NCBI GenBank assembly: GCA_964291315.2
Contig: OZ219753.1
Coordinates: 2,784,001-2,848,000, forward strand
Direction: 5' to 3'
Length of the DNA stretch: 64,000 bases
Source: Candidatus Poribacteria bacterium
Lineage (GTDB): Bacteria > Poribacteria > WGA-4E > WGA-3G
Shown here: positions 9,407 to 19,331 of the stretch, one piece after another
Layout: each line of letters opens with the position of its first letter
Numbering within the stretch: position 1 is the first letter of the stretch
Made by a program: the position numbers and the translations under genes
The notes under the pieces: model-generated
What the model was told of the DNA's origin: nothing
What the model saw: the letters and a program-made list of their open reading frames with translations, nothing else
The model's database searches: none

Positions 9407-10516
9407 GCCGTCCTCTTTATTCAGGGATACGACAGCATGTCCAGTCGTGCCGCTGCCAGCGAAAGCATCCAGAACAATCGAGTCTGGCGAGGTAGACAAC
9501 GAAACAAGCCGCTTTATTAGCTCAACCGGCTTGCTATTGTCAAAGACTTTCTTGCCGAAGATAGACTTCTGCTCGTTTGTAGCGTCGGTTGTTGTTGCGA
9601 GATCGTAGTAAATCGTGCGCTCTTTAATAACTTTGTCTTTATCTGCCATCTCGTCAAAATAGATGACCTCGTAAGGGGTCCAACGCCCACTTCTTTTGAT
9701 CCAATGAATATGCTCTTGATCTAAAGCTGCAGGACGAATTCTCCAACGCCCCTCATTTCCGTCTGGGGCTTGTGGAAAGAAAGGGTTGCCATCAGGGTCA
9801 TCGATCGGATAAAACATTGTTGGTCTATCGGTTCTATAGGCTCCGGATCCCCATTTTTCGAGTTTCAGGAATTTACATTTTCGCCCATTCTTGACTTTAG
9901 GGAACTCGGTTTGCGTTCGCTGTGAAGTTCTGAAGTTCATTGTGTATGCATCGGTTTTTCGGTAACAGAGGAGGTCTTCATGCTCTCTGGCGTAGTATTC
10001 AGAATCTTGTCCGCCGCCCGCCTTTTTTCTCCAGATGAGATGTGCGACAAAATGTGTTTCCCCGAAAATTTCGTCCATTAGCATCCGGAGGTGATGTTGT
10101 TCGTTATGATCAATAGAGATGAAAATGATACCGTCTTCTGAGAGGAGTTCCTTGAGTAGATGCAGCCTCGGCCACATCATACAGAGCCATTTATCATGCC
10201 GTTCCAAGTCCTCGTTATCCACGGGGGCGTTCTCTGTCAGCCACTGCTGCATCAACGGACTATTCACGTTGTCGTTATAGACCCAGTTCTCGTTGCCGGT
10301 GTTATAGGGTGGATCGATGTAGACGCACTTGATACGATTGGCATAGCGGGGGAGCAGTGCTTTGAGGGCGTGTAGGTTGTCCCCGTGGATAATGAGATTG
10401 TCATCTGTATCGGATGGGTTACAAGAGCGGTTTTCATCGGGTTCGAGGGGTCGATAAGGCACGGTGAGGTGGTGTGCGTAGATGTGCTGTTTGCCTTTGA
10501 ATTCAAGGGTCGGCAT
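8882..10516 (-). CDS. mod: Type III Mod adenine methyltransferase allele 1 (intact, 544 aa)
   Basis: MPTLEFKGK start after AGGAG; HGDNL, YIDPPYNTG, HDKWLCMM, SID, KPVELI, DAFAGSGTT, GGNRKFILIE. Confidence 0.93.
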   Translation of the reverse strand: MPTLEFKGKQHIYAHHLTVPYRPLEPDENRSCNPSDTDDNLIIHGDNLHALKALLPRYANRIKCVYIDPPYNTGNENWVYNDNVNSPLMQQWLTENAPVDNEDLERHDKWLCMMWPRLHLLKELLSEDGIIFISIDHNEQHHLRMLMDEIFGETHFVAHLIWRKKAGGGQDSEYYAREHEDLLCYRKTDAYTMNFRTSQRTQTEFPKVKNGRKCKFLKLEKWGSGAYRTDRPTMFYPIDDPDGNPFFPQAPDGNEGRWRIRPAALDQEHIHWIKRSGRWTPYEVIYFDEMADKDKVIKERTIYYDLATTTDATNEQKSIFGKKVFDNSKPVELIKRLVSLSTSPDSIVLDAFAGSGTTGHAVVSLNKEDGGNRKFILIECENYADTITAERVRRVIKGVPKARDTALRDGLGGSFTYCTLGKPMEVETMLTGEALPSYAALAANLLYTTSGTSVGSNALTAKNDDGLFHSDAENDYYLIYKPDLAYLRSDAAILNIERAERVREASDQTGRKAIVYAAGNYIGQRELTRMRIIFCQLPDALHER

Positions 10517-10548
10517 AGAGGGAGCTCCTTTCGAAAAGCACCAATGGA
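10115..10548. repeat. mod N-terminal direct repeat, copy B
   Basis: Near-identical to about 8015-8448. Confidence 0.92.
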
Positions 10549-10767
10549 CGGCTGCGGTTGTGCAGATTCCGCTGTGAGTTTTGTTAACATTGCTTCGCTT
10601 GTGCGGGGGCATCATTGCTCTGATATTCTAGGCTTCCATGTTAGCATATTATTTCGCAAATGCCTAACATTTTTGATACTGTCTAAGCGAGAATTTAATC
10701 CAAATGTGTGTCGCAAAATTTGTTTTAAACGGCTATGTAGCGTATAATAGGGACACACTACAAAAAC

Positions 10768-12309
10768 ATGATTGAGTTCAGCTCGGAGGACGCTGCGATA
10801 ATGAAACATTTTGATACTCCTACATACACCCCGGTATTCCCAGGCCCCAATACAGAGCTGCTTGAGGCGCAAGCGAAGGTTTGCACGGGGCCGCATCAGA
10901 CGCGTCCGTTAGGTATAACGTCTTCGGATTCACCGCAGCCAGGGGCGCTCCTTGCGGTAATTTTAAAGTCTCTAGCAGGCGGACTCCCGGAAGCAGAGAC
11001 TGCTTCGGCGGCACAGATGGGTGCGTTTTTCGCAGCGATGCGGCTCCGCTCCTATTTTCCAGCATCAACACGGTGGAGCCCGGCAGAGGAAGCAGCGTTT
11101 CATAAATATCACTCGGCGCTCACAGAGCAATTACCGCCGGAGATTCAATACCTGATGAGTGCTGATCATGGCTACGCCGCGCGGAATCCGAGGGAGGCGG
11201 TTGTTGTGAAGGCGCTGGCAAAGATTTTACGGGCAGAACATCTGAGTTACATTGAGACCCGCGAGATGTGTGAAGCGATTCTTAGTGACGAAGTAGCGCC
11301 GGCGCTCAAAGGTGCTGCGTTGATCGGACAACGGATGAACCGCGAAACCTATGAGGAGGTACGCGGCTATTTAGATGCATTTTTTGGACCTGAAGCGGTT
11401 CAATCGATTGATATTGCCTCCCTCACGCATTTCGGACAACCTTACGATGGGGCGACCCGCTATTTTCGGCCCACGCTCTTTGTAGCAGCGGTGCGCGCAG
11501 CGCTCGGTGAAGCGTCACTCCTTCACAGTGTAGATGTGATGCCGCCGAAAAATGGGGTGACAGAAGAAGCTATCTTGAAAGCGCTTGGTGCCAACACCCA
11601 ACTCTCGCTTGAGCAGACGGTGTCACTGATTACGAACGAATTGGTAGGATTTGGGTATATTGGTCAGCGTGAATATAACCGTGCTGCTTATGATTTGCGG
11701 GAGTTGCGGGTGCACATCAAGAAACGTCCCCCTTGGGCGGCCACAGAGAAGGCGCAGCAGTTCTTTTCGGCGCGGGAGTCGAACTATATGGTGCTTGGCT
11801 ATTATCATATCGGTTACGAGAAGCCGCTTCTCCGGCTAGCGTGGGAGCGCGAATTTGACGCTGCCCTCGCTGTGAAAGGAGAAGAAGGGACGAGTCATTA
11901 TGCGCTACGGCTTGGTAAACCGTCTACAGCTGACAGAATGGCGGTCAATTATTCACAAGGTTTTCGTCGTGTGCGGGGAGACCGCGAAGACTTCGCTATG
12001 GATATAAACCCGGAAATTTACGGATTCGACTATGCGCGGAGTCCACGTCCGGAGGTCGTAAGTGCCCAGGCGTTTGCGGAAGCAGGTGTGGCGGCTCTCT
12101 CTGGCGAAAAAGGACATATCTACGATAGGATTTTGCTGAACGCAGCGATGGTTGACCATCTATTAGGAATCTGCCCGGAACCCGATGAGGCTTTTGCGCG
12201 TGCGAGATCTGTGATGGATGATGGAAGTGCTTTGAAGCATCTTCAGGCGTATGTAGCAAATAGCCGCAAGTTGCCTGCATCCAACGGTCACGGGAACTGC
12301 TGCCCGTAG
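10768..12309 (+). CDS. Anthranilate phosphoribosyltransferase-like protein (TrpD2/YbiB-like, glycosyltransferase family 3); start may be 10801
   Basis: AQMGAF, GQPYDG..RYFR, MPPKNGVT, LRxxIKKRPP, KGEEG; lacks the canonical TrpD GTGGD motif. Confidence 0.7.
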   Translation: MIEFSSEDAAIMKHFDTPTYTPVFPGPNTELLEAQAKVCTGPHQTRPLGITSSDSPQPGALLAVILKSLAGGLPEAETASAAQMGAFFAAMRLRSYFPASTRWSPAEEAAFHKYHSALTEQLPPEIQYLMSADHGYAARNPREAVVVKALAKILRAEHLSYIETREMCEAILSDEVAPALKGAALIGQRMNRETYEEVRGYLDAFFGPEAVQSIDIASLTHFGQPYDGATRYFRPTLFVAAVRAALGEASLLHSVDVMPPKNGVTEEAILKALGANTQLSLEQTVSLITNELVGFGYIGQREYNRAAYDLRELRVHIKKRPPWAATEKAQQFFSARESNYMVLGYYHIGYEKPLLRLAWEREFDAALAVKGEEGTSHYALRLGKPSTADRMAVNYSQGFRRVRGDREDFAMDINPEIYGFDYARSPRPEVVSAQAFAEAGVAALSGEKGHIYDRILLNAAMVDHLLGICPEPDEAFARARSVMDDGSALKHLQAYVANSRKLPASNGHGNCCP

Positions 12310-12313
12310 TCAA

Positions 12314-13858
12314 TTACCATGGATGCGTCCGAAACGGCGATGCTGGTAGTCCGTCCTTGTTTATCAAATTGGGTTCGGCATTTTGATGCCAGCCGAATCG
12401 GGCTGCGATTGGCTTTGCGAGGGTGTGGCTGGAAACGACGACGGTATCGCCCTCAATTATTGCTTTTGCTTCAACGAATTTCTTGTTTTCACCGGCGATT
12501 TCAAACCATGTGAGTGGGTTCTCGTCTCGTGCCATCAATCCGCTACCGACGTGGTCGAATTTGAGTCGAATTGTGTTTCCCTCCACCGTCATGGATTCGT
12601 AGAGTGGCCCGGAATAGGTTGTATCCGCCTGCCCGTAAGTTTTGGCAAGGGCCCATAATGCTAATCGTCTCCCGACCTCTTGTTTGTTTTGGGGGTGGAT
12701 GTCGTTGAGGTTGCCGATGTCTGTGGTCACAACCATGCCGGTGTTTGGGACGGATAAGGTTGCGGTTTGTGCTTCCCAAATTTGTGGCAGAGAAAGTGGA
12801 TTTTTGATCCAACCGCTGTAATCGAAAGGTGCTAGTTGCACGAAATAGAAAGGGAAATCGCCTTGTTTCCAGACTTGGCGCCATCCTTTAATCAGGGCTT
12901 TCATCTTGTCATGATAGAGCATTCCATCTTGCAGATTTGATTCGCCTTGATACCAGAGTGCGCCTCGTATAGCGTATGGAACAAGCGGATGTACCATACC
13001 GTTGTAGAGCCCTGTGGGTCTTGCTTGGTGCCTCAACGGATGTCTATTGTCAGGCATCTGCGTAAGGTGTCTCCCGGTTTCTAACGCCTCTCGTGTCTCC
13101 GTTATCCATACCTCAATTTCTTTCATTTTTTTCGGCTGCTGCTGGCGGTAGGCGGAATGTACCTCCTGAATCTCTTTAGATATGGATTCAAGGGTCGGGA
13201 CACTGGCGAAACCAACAGGCGGTGTCCACGGTTCGATGCGGGTGCCACCCCAGGAGGTATTGATTAATCCGATCGGTACATCGAGGTTTTTATAGAGTTT
13301 CCGACCGAAATAGTAAGCGACGGCAGAAAAATTAGCGGCTGTCTCTGGCGTGGTTTCGGACCAGTCGGCTTCTACATCGTTCTGAAGCAATCCGGATGGA
13401 ACTCTCGGCACGTAGAACAGTCGGATATTCGGATAGTTCGCTGCGGCAATCTCTACTTCACTGTCTTTTGAGGCGCTGACAGACCACTGCATGTTTGATT
13501 GTCCTGAGCAGACCCAAACCTCTCCAAACAGAACGTTCGTCAGTTCAAGCGTGTTACGGCCAGCGACTCGGAGTGTATAGGGACCCCCGGCCTGCATAGC
13601 GGGAATTTTGATTTGCCAGTTGCCTTCTGCGTCGGCAGTCACGGTGGTTGAGAAAATGGGTTCGGCTCCTTCCTCGTCGGCGCTAAGATCTATTGTGACT
13701 TCTTCGCCCGCAGCGGCCCAACCCCAAATAGGGACCTCCCTATCGCGTTGCAATACCATGTTACTACCGATGATGTGTGGCAGGGTAACCTGAGCGTGGA
13801 CGAGGGGTTGTGTGAAAAGTAATAGAAAAGTGATAAGACATAGTTTGATTCGTTTCAT
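12314..13858 (-). CDS. Secreted sialate O-acetylesterase (SGNH family)
   Basis: Signal peptide; NMVLQR, GEVWVCSGQSNM, WGGT, WYQGESN, DIHP. Confidence 0.93.
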   Translation of the reverse strand: MKRIKLCLITFLLLFTQPLVHAQVTLPHIIGSNMVLQRDREVPIWGWAAAGEEVTIDLSADEEGAEPIFSTTVTADAEGNWQIKIPAMQAGGPYTLRVAGRNTLELTNVLFGEVWVCSGQSNMQWSVSASKDSEVEIAAANYPNIRLFYVPRVPSGLLQNDVEADWSETTPETAANFSAVAYYFGRKLYKNLDVPIGLINTSWGGTRIEPWTPPVGFASVPTLESISKEIQEVHSAYRQQQPKKMKEIEVWITETREALETGRHLTQMPDNRHPLRHQARPTGLYNGMVHPLVPYAIRGALWYQGESNLQDGMLYHDKMKALIKGWRQVWKQGDFPFYFVQLAPFDYSGWIKNPLSLPQIWEAQTATLSVPNTGMVVTTDIGNLNDIHPQNKQEVGRRLALWALAKTYGQADTTYSGPLYESMTVEGNTIRLKFDHVGSGLMARDENPLTWFEIAGENKKFVEAKAIIEGDTVVVSSHTLAKPIAARFGWHQNAEPNLINKDGLPASPFRTHPW

Positions 13859-13986
13859 GTAGTTGCTCCTTATATGAATCAGCGAGGTTACTTGTTTGTT
13901 CTTCTAATAGTGTTGAGTCTTTCCAAATCCCGAGCGACCTTTCTCAGGGACTCAAACGTGTCATTTGGATCAAGGCAACGAATGTG

Positions 13987-16362
13987 TTAATTGCCATTCT
14001 CACTGCCTTGTAGACGTTCAGCGAGGTAGCTGTTACGTTCCATCACTTGATTATTTCGGATACAAATGGAGAGTGCTTGTTTGGTACCGACGATCACGAC
14101 GCGTTCTTTTGCCCGGGTAATACCGGTGTAAAGGAGGTTTCGTTGTAACATAAGATAGTGTTGCGTGTGTAAGGGGATAACGACTGCGGGGTACTCGCTG
14201 CCTTGTGCCTTGTGAATCGTTGTGGCGTACGCTAGGACGAGCTCGCCGAGGTCTGCTGTATCGTAAGCGACCTGTTTATCAGGGAACCGGACGCACACTT
14301 TTTTATCCACATGTTCGATTGCGACAATCCTTCCAATATCGCCGTTAAATACGTCGTAGTCGTAATTATTGCGGACCTGCATCACCTTATCGCCGATGCG
14401 GAAACCGCCTGCGGTGCGAGATCGGCTGTGGAACTGCGATACTTGCGGATCCGTACGAGGGGCGAAGCGTGCTTTTTCCAAGGGGTGGGTTGCTGGTGCA
14501 GCATATTCAGTGTTCAAAACTTCTTGAAGACGTTCATTGAGATTTTCGGTGCCGAGTGCGCCACGCCGCATTGGGCAGAGGAGTTGGATATCATCTATGG
14601 GATGGTAGTTGTAGTGTTGCGGCAGCCGGTGAGCAATGAGGGAGCATATTACCGTGACGATTTTGTCAGGGTCGTCCTCTTGTATAAAGAAGAAGTTTCG
14701 ATCGGCATTGCCAGTGAGTTCTGGGAAGTCTCCTTTGTTAATACGATGCGCGTTCATAACGATCATGCTCTCTTGTGCTTGCCGGAATATTTCAGTTAAT
14801 TCTATGACGGGGATCCGACGAGAGTCAATGAGCGATTTAAGCACATTGCCTGCTCCGACAGAAGGGAGCTGATCAACATCACCGATGAGGATAACGGAGG
14901 TCGTCGGCCGGATAGCTCGCATCAAACTATTCATTAAGATAATGTCGACCATAGACGTTTCGTCGACAATGACGACATCGGTGTTTAACGGGTTTTGGCG
15001 GTCTCGTTTAAATCTGTTAATGTGTGGCGAAAATTCGAGAAGGCGGTGAATCGTTTTGGCTTCCCCGGCGGTTGTTTCGCTGAGCCGTTTTGCGGCGCGT
15101 CCAGTGGGGGCGGTTAAGGTGACGTGTTTGCCTTGTGCTTCAAACAGGCGAATCATGCCGACAGTTGTTGTCGTTTTCCCGGTGCCGGGGCCTCCAGTGA
15201 GAATCATCGCTGGCGCGGTCATCGCTGTATGGATTGCCTCGCGTTGCTGGGGTGCAAAATGAATCTCCATTTCCGTCTCTAACTCAGTCAGGGCTGCATT
15301 ATTAATAAGCGAGGAAGGTTTCGGGGCTCCGTAATTGGGGGCGTGTGCTTTGTTAGATAGGAGTCTCAAGAGCTGGTTTGCGATTCCCATTTCAGCATAG
15401 TAAAAGGGTGCGAGGTAGATAGCAGAATGATTTTGAGGTGTTGACTGTTGGTCGTTGGTTGAGGGAGTCCCTGGAATCTCTTGTGGATCGCTAATTTTGT
15501 AGTTATCCAAGGGTTCTTCGACAGCAGCTTGTTGATCGGGGGGCATGGTGTCTGCAACGTCTAGACCGACGACTTCCTCTTTTTCGATGAGGGTGCGGAT
15601 GCCTTCTTCGATTGCTTCATGTTTTTGTTCAAGGATGGTTTGACACGTCTCAATAAGTTCCTTATGGTGCTGAAAGACGTGTCCTTCATCTGCTTTTTGG
15701 CTTAGAACGTATTTGATTCCTGCTTGGACTCTGTGGGGTGCGTCCTTTTCTATACCGAGCTTCTGCGCGATTGTATCGGCTGTCACGAATCCGATGCCGT
15801 AAATATCGTCTGCGAGCTGATAGGGATTCTCCGTGACAATGGCGATTGCATCGTTTTTGTAAGTTTTGTAAATTTTTGCGGCGTGCGTTGTGCTCACATC
15901 GTGAGATTGAAGGAAGAGCATAACGTTTTTGATTTCACGTTGTGCCTCCCATGCCTCTTTAATGATTTTCACCCGGTGCTGTCCGATGCCAGGGATACGC
16001 GCGAGCTTTTCAGGTTCCCGCTCGATGATATCCATGGTATCCATGCCGAATTTTTTAACGATGCGTGTTGCCATTTTTGGACCGATCCCTTTAATCAGAC
16101 CGGATCCGAGGTATTTCCTTAATCCGACTACATTTGCCGGCAAGATTGTTTCGTATTTCTCGATTTGGAACTGCCTACCGTATTTAGCGTTATCTACCCA
16201 CTCGCCTTGGAGAAGAAGGCTTTCCCCGGGGTTGACAGTTGCTAGATTACCGACGACAGTGATGAGTTCGGAGTGGGCGCGCGCTGCTAGTCGTCCGACA
16301 GTATAGCCGGTGTCAGGGTTCTCATAAACAATACGTTCAAGTATGCCGTGTAGCGTTTCCAT
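13987..16362 (-). CDS. recD2: ATP-dependent RecD2-like DNA helicase
   Basis: HhH region (GIGPKMA), GGPGTGKT, APTGRAAKRL, DETSM, GDVDQLPSVG, YATTIHKAQGSE, LYTGITRA. Confidence 0.95.
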   Translation of the reverse strand: METLHGILERIVYENPDTGYTVGRLAARAHSELITVVGNLATVNPGESLLLQGEWVDNAKYGRQFQIEKYETILPANVVGLRKYLGSGLIKGIGPKMATRIVKKFGMDTMDIIEREPEKLARIPGIGQHRVKIIKEAWEAQREIKNVMLFLQSHDVSTTHAAKIYKTYKNDAIAIVTENPYQLADDIYGIGFVTADTIAQKLGIEKDAPHRVQAGIKYVLSQKADEGHVFQHHKELIETCQTILEQKHEAIEEGIRTLIEKEEVVGLDVADTMPPDQQAAVEEPLDNYKISDPQEIPGTPSTNDQQSTPQNHSAIYLAPFYYAEMGIANQLLRLLSNKAHAPNYGAPKPSSLINNAALTELETEMEIHFAPQQREAIHTAMTAPAMILTGGPGTGKTTTTVGMIRLFEAQGKHVTLTAPTGRAAKRLSETTAGEAKTIHRLLEFSPHINRFKRDRQNPLNTDVVIVDETSMVDIILMNSLMRAIRPTTSVILIGDVDQLPSVGAGNVLKSLIDSRRIPVIELTEIFRQAQESMIVMNAHRINKGDFPELTGNADRNFFFIQEDDPDKIVTVICSLIAHRLPQHYNYHPIDDIQLLCPMRRGALGTENLNERLQEVLNTEYAAPATHPLEKARFAPRTDPQVSQFHSRSRTAGGFRIGDKVMQVRNNYDYDVFNGDIGRIVAIEHVDKKVCVRFPDKQVAYDTADLGELVLAYATTIHKAQGSEYPAVVIPLHTQHYLMLQRNLLYTGITRAKERVVIVGTKQALSICIRNNQVMERNSYLAERLQGSENGN

Positions 16363-16421
16363 TTTTTTACGATGAACTCTGCGTACTGTTCCACTCCGTT
16401 AGTTCTCTGGATCATGAAAAG

Positions 16422-16488
16422 TTTTTTAACAATTGGGAAGGCTGCAAGGTCGACGGACGCAGCAACTTCGGCTTCAATTGTTAAAAAA
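16422..16488. terminator. Long stem-loop between thrC and recD2
   Basis: Perfect 14-bp inverted repeat TTTTTTAACAATTG / CAATTGTTAAAAAA enclosing a second GAAG-GCTGC / GCAGC-aa-CTTC pairing. Confidence 0.55.
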
Positions 16489-16560
16489 AATGCCTTTGGC
16501 GATAGGCTGCTGTCTCCTGCTCAGTTTTTTAGTACTGTAAATAAAAGGAACGATTAAGGT

Positions 16561-17793
16561 TTAATTAATTTCTGTCATCAATTTCTGAAAAGCATTGAGT
16601 TGCGGGGGAATGGTATATGGTTTATCCGTTTTTTCTTGGAGAGCTTCAACGGTTTTGAGTCCGTTGCCTGTGATGGCGATGACTATCGATTCATCTCGTG
16701 CAATATGTCCGTTGTCTATCAATTTTTTGGTTGCGGCGAGTGTAACGCCGCCTGCGGTTTCAGTGAAGATTCCTTCTGTTGCGGCGAGGAGTTTGATTGC
16801 TTCTACGATTTCCATATCGGTAGCGTGTTCTCCGGCGCCGCCTGAGTTTCGAACGGTATCAACAGCATAGATGCCGTCTGCAGGATTACCTATGGCGAGC
16901 GATTTAGCGATCGTGTTGGGTTTCACAGGTTTTACAAAATCGCCACTTTCTTTGTATGTATTGACTATAGGGCCGCAGCCCTCTGCTTGGGCAACGTGGA
17001 TTTTGGTGTTGGGTTTATCTATTAACCCTAGAAGGTGGAATTCTTTAAGTGCTTTGCCAATTTTGGTAATAAGAGACCCCCCCGCGGCGGGTGCTACAAT
17101 ATGTGCGGGTGCTTTCCAGTCGAGTTGTTCGATAAGTTCAAAACAGAGGGTTTTTGAGCCTTCAGCGTAGAAAGGGCGGATATTGATATTGACAAATGCC
17201 CATGGGTAGACGCCTCCGATTTCGCTGCAGAGTCGGTTGACGTCGTCGTAAGTTCCGGTGATACCTACAACAGTGGGTCCGTAAACGAGGGATGCGACGA
17301 CTTTACCTACTTCGAGATCTGCTGGGATAAATAGGAAGCAATTGAGTTTGGCGATAGCGGCATGTGCGGCGACGGCGTTAGCAAGATTGCCTGTAGAGGC
17401 GCAGGAAACGGTGTCAAAATTGAATTCTTTTGCTTTGCTCAAGGCGACAGCGACAACCCGGTCTTTGAAGGAGAGTGTTGGATGGCAGACGGAGTCGTCT
17501 TTGATATAGAGCTCTTTGACACGGAGGGCCTCTGCGAGGTTTTTAGCCCGGATGAGGGGTGTAAACCCGGTGTTGTCGCCGTCGGTTGGTTCTCTGTCTA
17601 TGGGTAGGAGATCTGCATAACGCCACAAGTTTTCGGGTCCGTTTTCTATTGAACGTCTTGAGATGGATTTCTGTATCTCTTCATAGTTATAGTCTACTTC
17701 CAGTGGCCCGAAGCAGAATTCGCAAACGTGCAGTGGTTCTTTGGCATAGGTTTTATCACATTCGCGGCATCTGAGGCCCAATACTTTTTCCAT
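16561..17793 (-). CDS. thrC: Threonine synthase (PLP-dependent)
   Basis: N-terminal CxxC..CxxC, PTLSFKDR (PLP lysine), CASTGNLA, EGSKT, ITGNGLK; start at ATG 17793. Confidence 0.9.
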   Translation of the reverse strand: MEKVLGLRCRECDKTYAKEPLHVCEFCFGPLEVDYNYEEIQKSISRRSIENGPENLWRYADLLPIDREPTDGDNTGFTPLIRAKNLAEALRVKELYIKDDSVCHPTLSFKDRVVAVALSKAKEFNFDTVSCASTGNLANAVAAHAAIAKLNCFLFIPADLEVGKVVASLVYGPTVVGITGTYDDVNRLCSEIGGVYPWAFVNINIRPFYAEGSKTLCFELIEQLDWKAPAHIVAPAAGGSLITKIGKALKEFHLLGLIDKPNTKIHVAQAEGCGPIVNTYKESGDFVKPVKPNTIAKSLAIGNPADGIYAVDTVRNSGGAGEHATDMEIVEAIKLLAATEGIFTETAGGVTLAATKKLIDNGHIARDESIVIAITGNGLKTVEALQEKTDKPYTIPPQLNAFQKLMTEIN

Positions 17794-17911
17794 TGTTTTT
17801 TCCTTTGGATTTTGGCGCCGATTTTCCGTTTTCAAAACCGGATTTCTCAATAACCTTATCGCCTGTGAGGATAGATACAGCGTGATTTATGAATTATCTG
17901 CAGTTAAGAAA

Positions 17912-19249
17912 TCAGATCGACAGTTGAATGTTAAATTCGTTTTTTCCTGGTTGCAATGTGAGGCGGAGAAAAAGGAGGTGTTCGCCGATCCATTTGACAT
18001 CATCAGCGTTGGACTCTGTCAATTGCAAACCGTGGTGGTTGCCCCATATTGTTACGCCGTAAGGCATTGTGCTCGTTGATTCTACGGTGATAGCGATGTG
18101 TAGTTTTGTCCGGTGTCGCGTCGGTGAAAAGTCGATGAGTACTGGGTTTTGTGTAACGGCGTGCGTTGTCCGTTCGCCAGTATAATTTTTGATTTCAACG
18201 GGTTCCATGGTTCCTTCGACAAAGGTTAATTCGCAGTCTGCGTCGTAATAGAGCATTCTTAGCGCCGACTCTGGATCGTCAGTTTCGTGTTGTGCAGGCG
18301 TTGCCGGTTTTACAATAGCTGTTGGTTCGGTTCGCTTGCAATGTGCTATATAATCATCAACTATTTCAGAGAGCAATCGTGGTTTTGTAGTCTGATTAGC
18401 CACGACGTGAGCGAAGTATGCGTCCAATCGTTCTAGTCCGTCTTGCCCGAGTTGTGAGACGGTAAGGGGGTTCATGTGTTCCACGTAGCCGAGCCAGTTG
18501 TTCCATGGGGTGCTTTCTAGATAGATGTTGTAATGTTGTATGGCTGTTTCGTTTAAAAGCAGTGCGCGAAGATTATGAATGTCTTCGGCGAGATGTCTGG
18601 CGGTATAATAGGGCATGCCGACTATCTTCTTAAATGGGGCTGCGAGGTTTTCATGAGTATCAGTTTGGGTTAGGAAGGTATCGATATGTGTTGGATTTTC
18701 AAGCGGATAGAAGCATCCGAAGCCGCCTCTGTCGGTTTCCGTGGTGGATGCTTGAGTATCTGCGTGGGTATCTTCCTGTTTCCAGTGATAGCCCCAAACG
18801 CCTCGGAATGGTGTTTGTTCAAGTGCTTGGAGGAGAACATCATTTTTGAATGTTGCTCCTACGACGTTGGGTTCTGCCCAAGGGAGGATTCGCTTGAATC
18901 GCTCCCATTCTGTGTTGATATATTGTGGCAATCGTTCTCGCATTGTAACGAGATGTGATGCCATAGCTTCTGTGCTATTCGCGTGGTTAGCGGTTTGTTC
19001 TGCTTTCCAATTCGCGTCCCAGATTGGTTTAGTATCGAGCATGAGCAAAGGGGCATCGTTCCTATAATATTCGAAATCTGTGTGCCATGTTGTGAGCACC
19101 CTAGCGATGGATCGGGCGGACTTGGTGTCTGTTGCCCATGTTACCGGTATGTGGTGCTTGTGTGCGATTTCTGCAAGCGTCTGGACGCCTTGGAGCAGTT
19201 GTTTTCGGTCTTCGCCTATTGCTGTGCTTACCAATCCATAATTCAACAT
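17912..19249 (-). CDS. Hypothetical protein (445 aa)
   Basis: Long ORF co-oriented with its neighbours; no family confidently recognised. Confidence 0.7.
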   Translation of the reverse strand: MLNYGLVSTAIGEDRKQLLQGVQTLAEIAHKHHIPVTWATDTKSARSIARVLTTWHTDFEYYRNDAPLLMLDTKPIWDANWKAEQTANHANSTEAMASHLVTMRERLPQYINTEWERFKRILPWAEPNVVGATFKNDVLLQALEQTPFRGVWGYHWKQEDTHADTQASTTETDRGGFGCFYPLENPTHIDTFLTQTDTHENLAAPFKKIVGMPYYTARHLAEDIHNLRALLLNETAIQHYNIYLESTPWNNWLGYVEHMNPLTVSQLGQDGLERLDAYFAHVVANQTTKPRLLSEIVDDYIAHCKRTEPTAIVKPATPAQHETDDPESALRMLYYDADCELTFVEGTMEPVEIKNYTGERTTHAVTQNPVLIDFSPTRHRTKLHIAITVESTSTMPYGVTIWGNHHGLQLTESNADDVKWIGEHLLFLRLTLQPGKNEFNIQLSI

Positions 19250-19331
19250 ATCTGTGAACAGTCATCAGCAGTCGGCAGTGAGTTAAGAGGCGTTTAATGA
19301 CATTAGAGATACCTTCACTGTTTGGTAATCT

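Noticed and set aside
6798-10548. Invertible shufflon
   Set aside because: The repeats are direct, not inverted, and no recombinase gene is nearby.
17794-17911. SAM or T-box riboswitch upstream of thrC
   Set aside because: I could not find the conserved core motifs, and the region is short.
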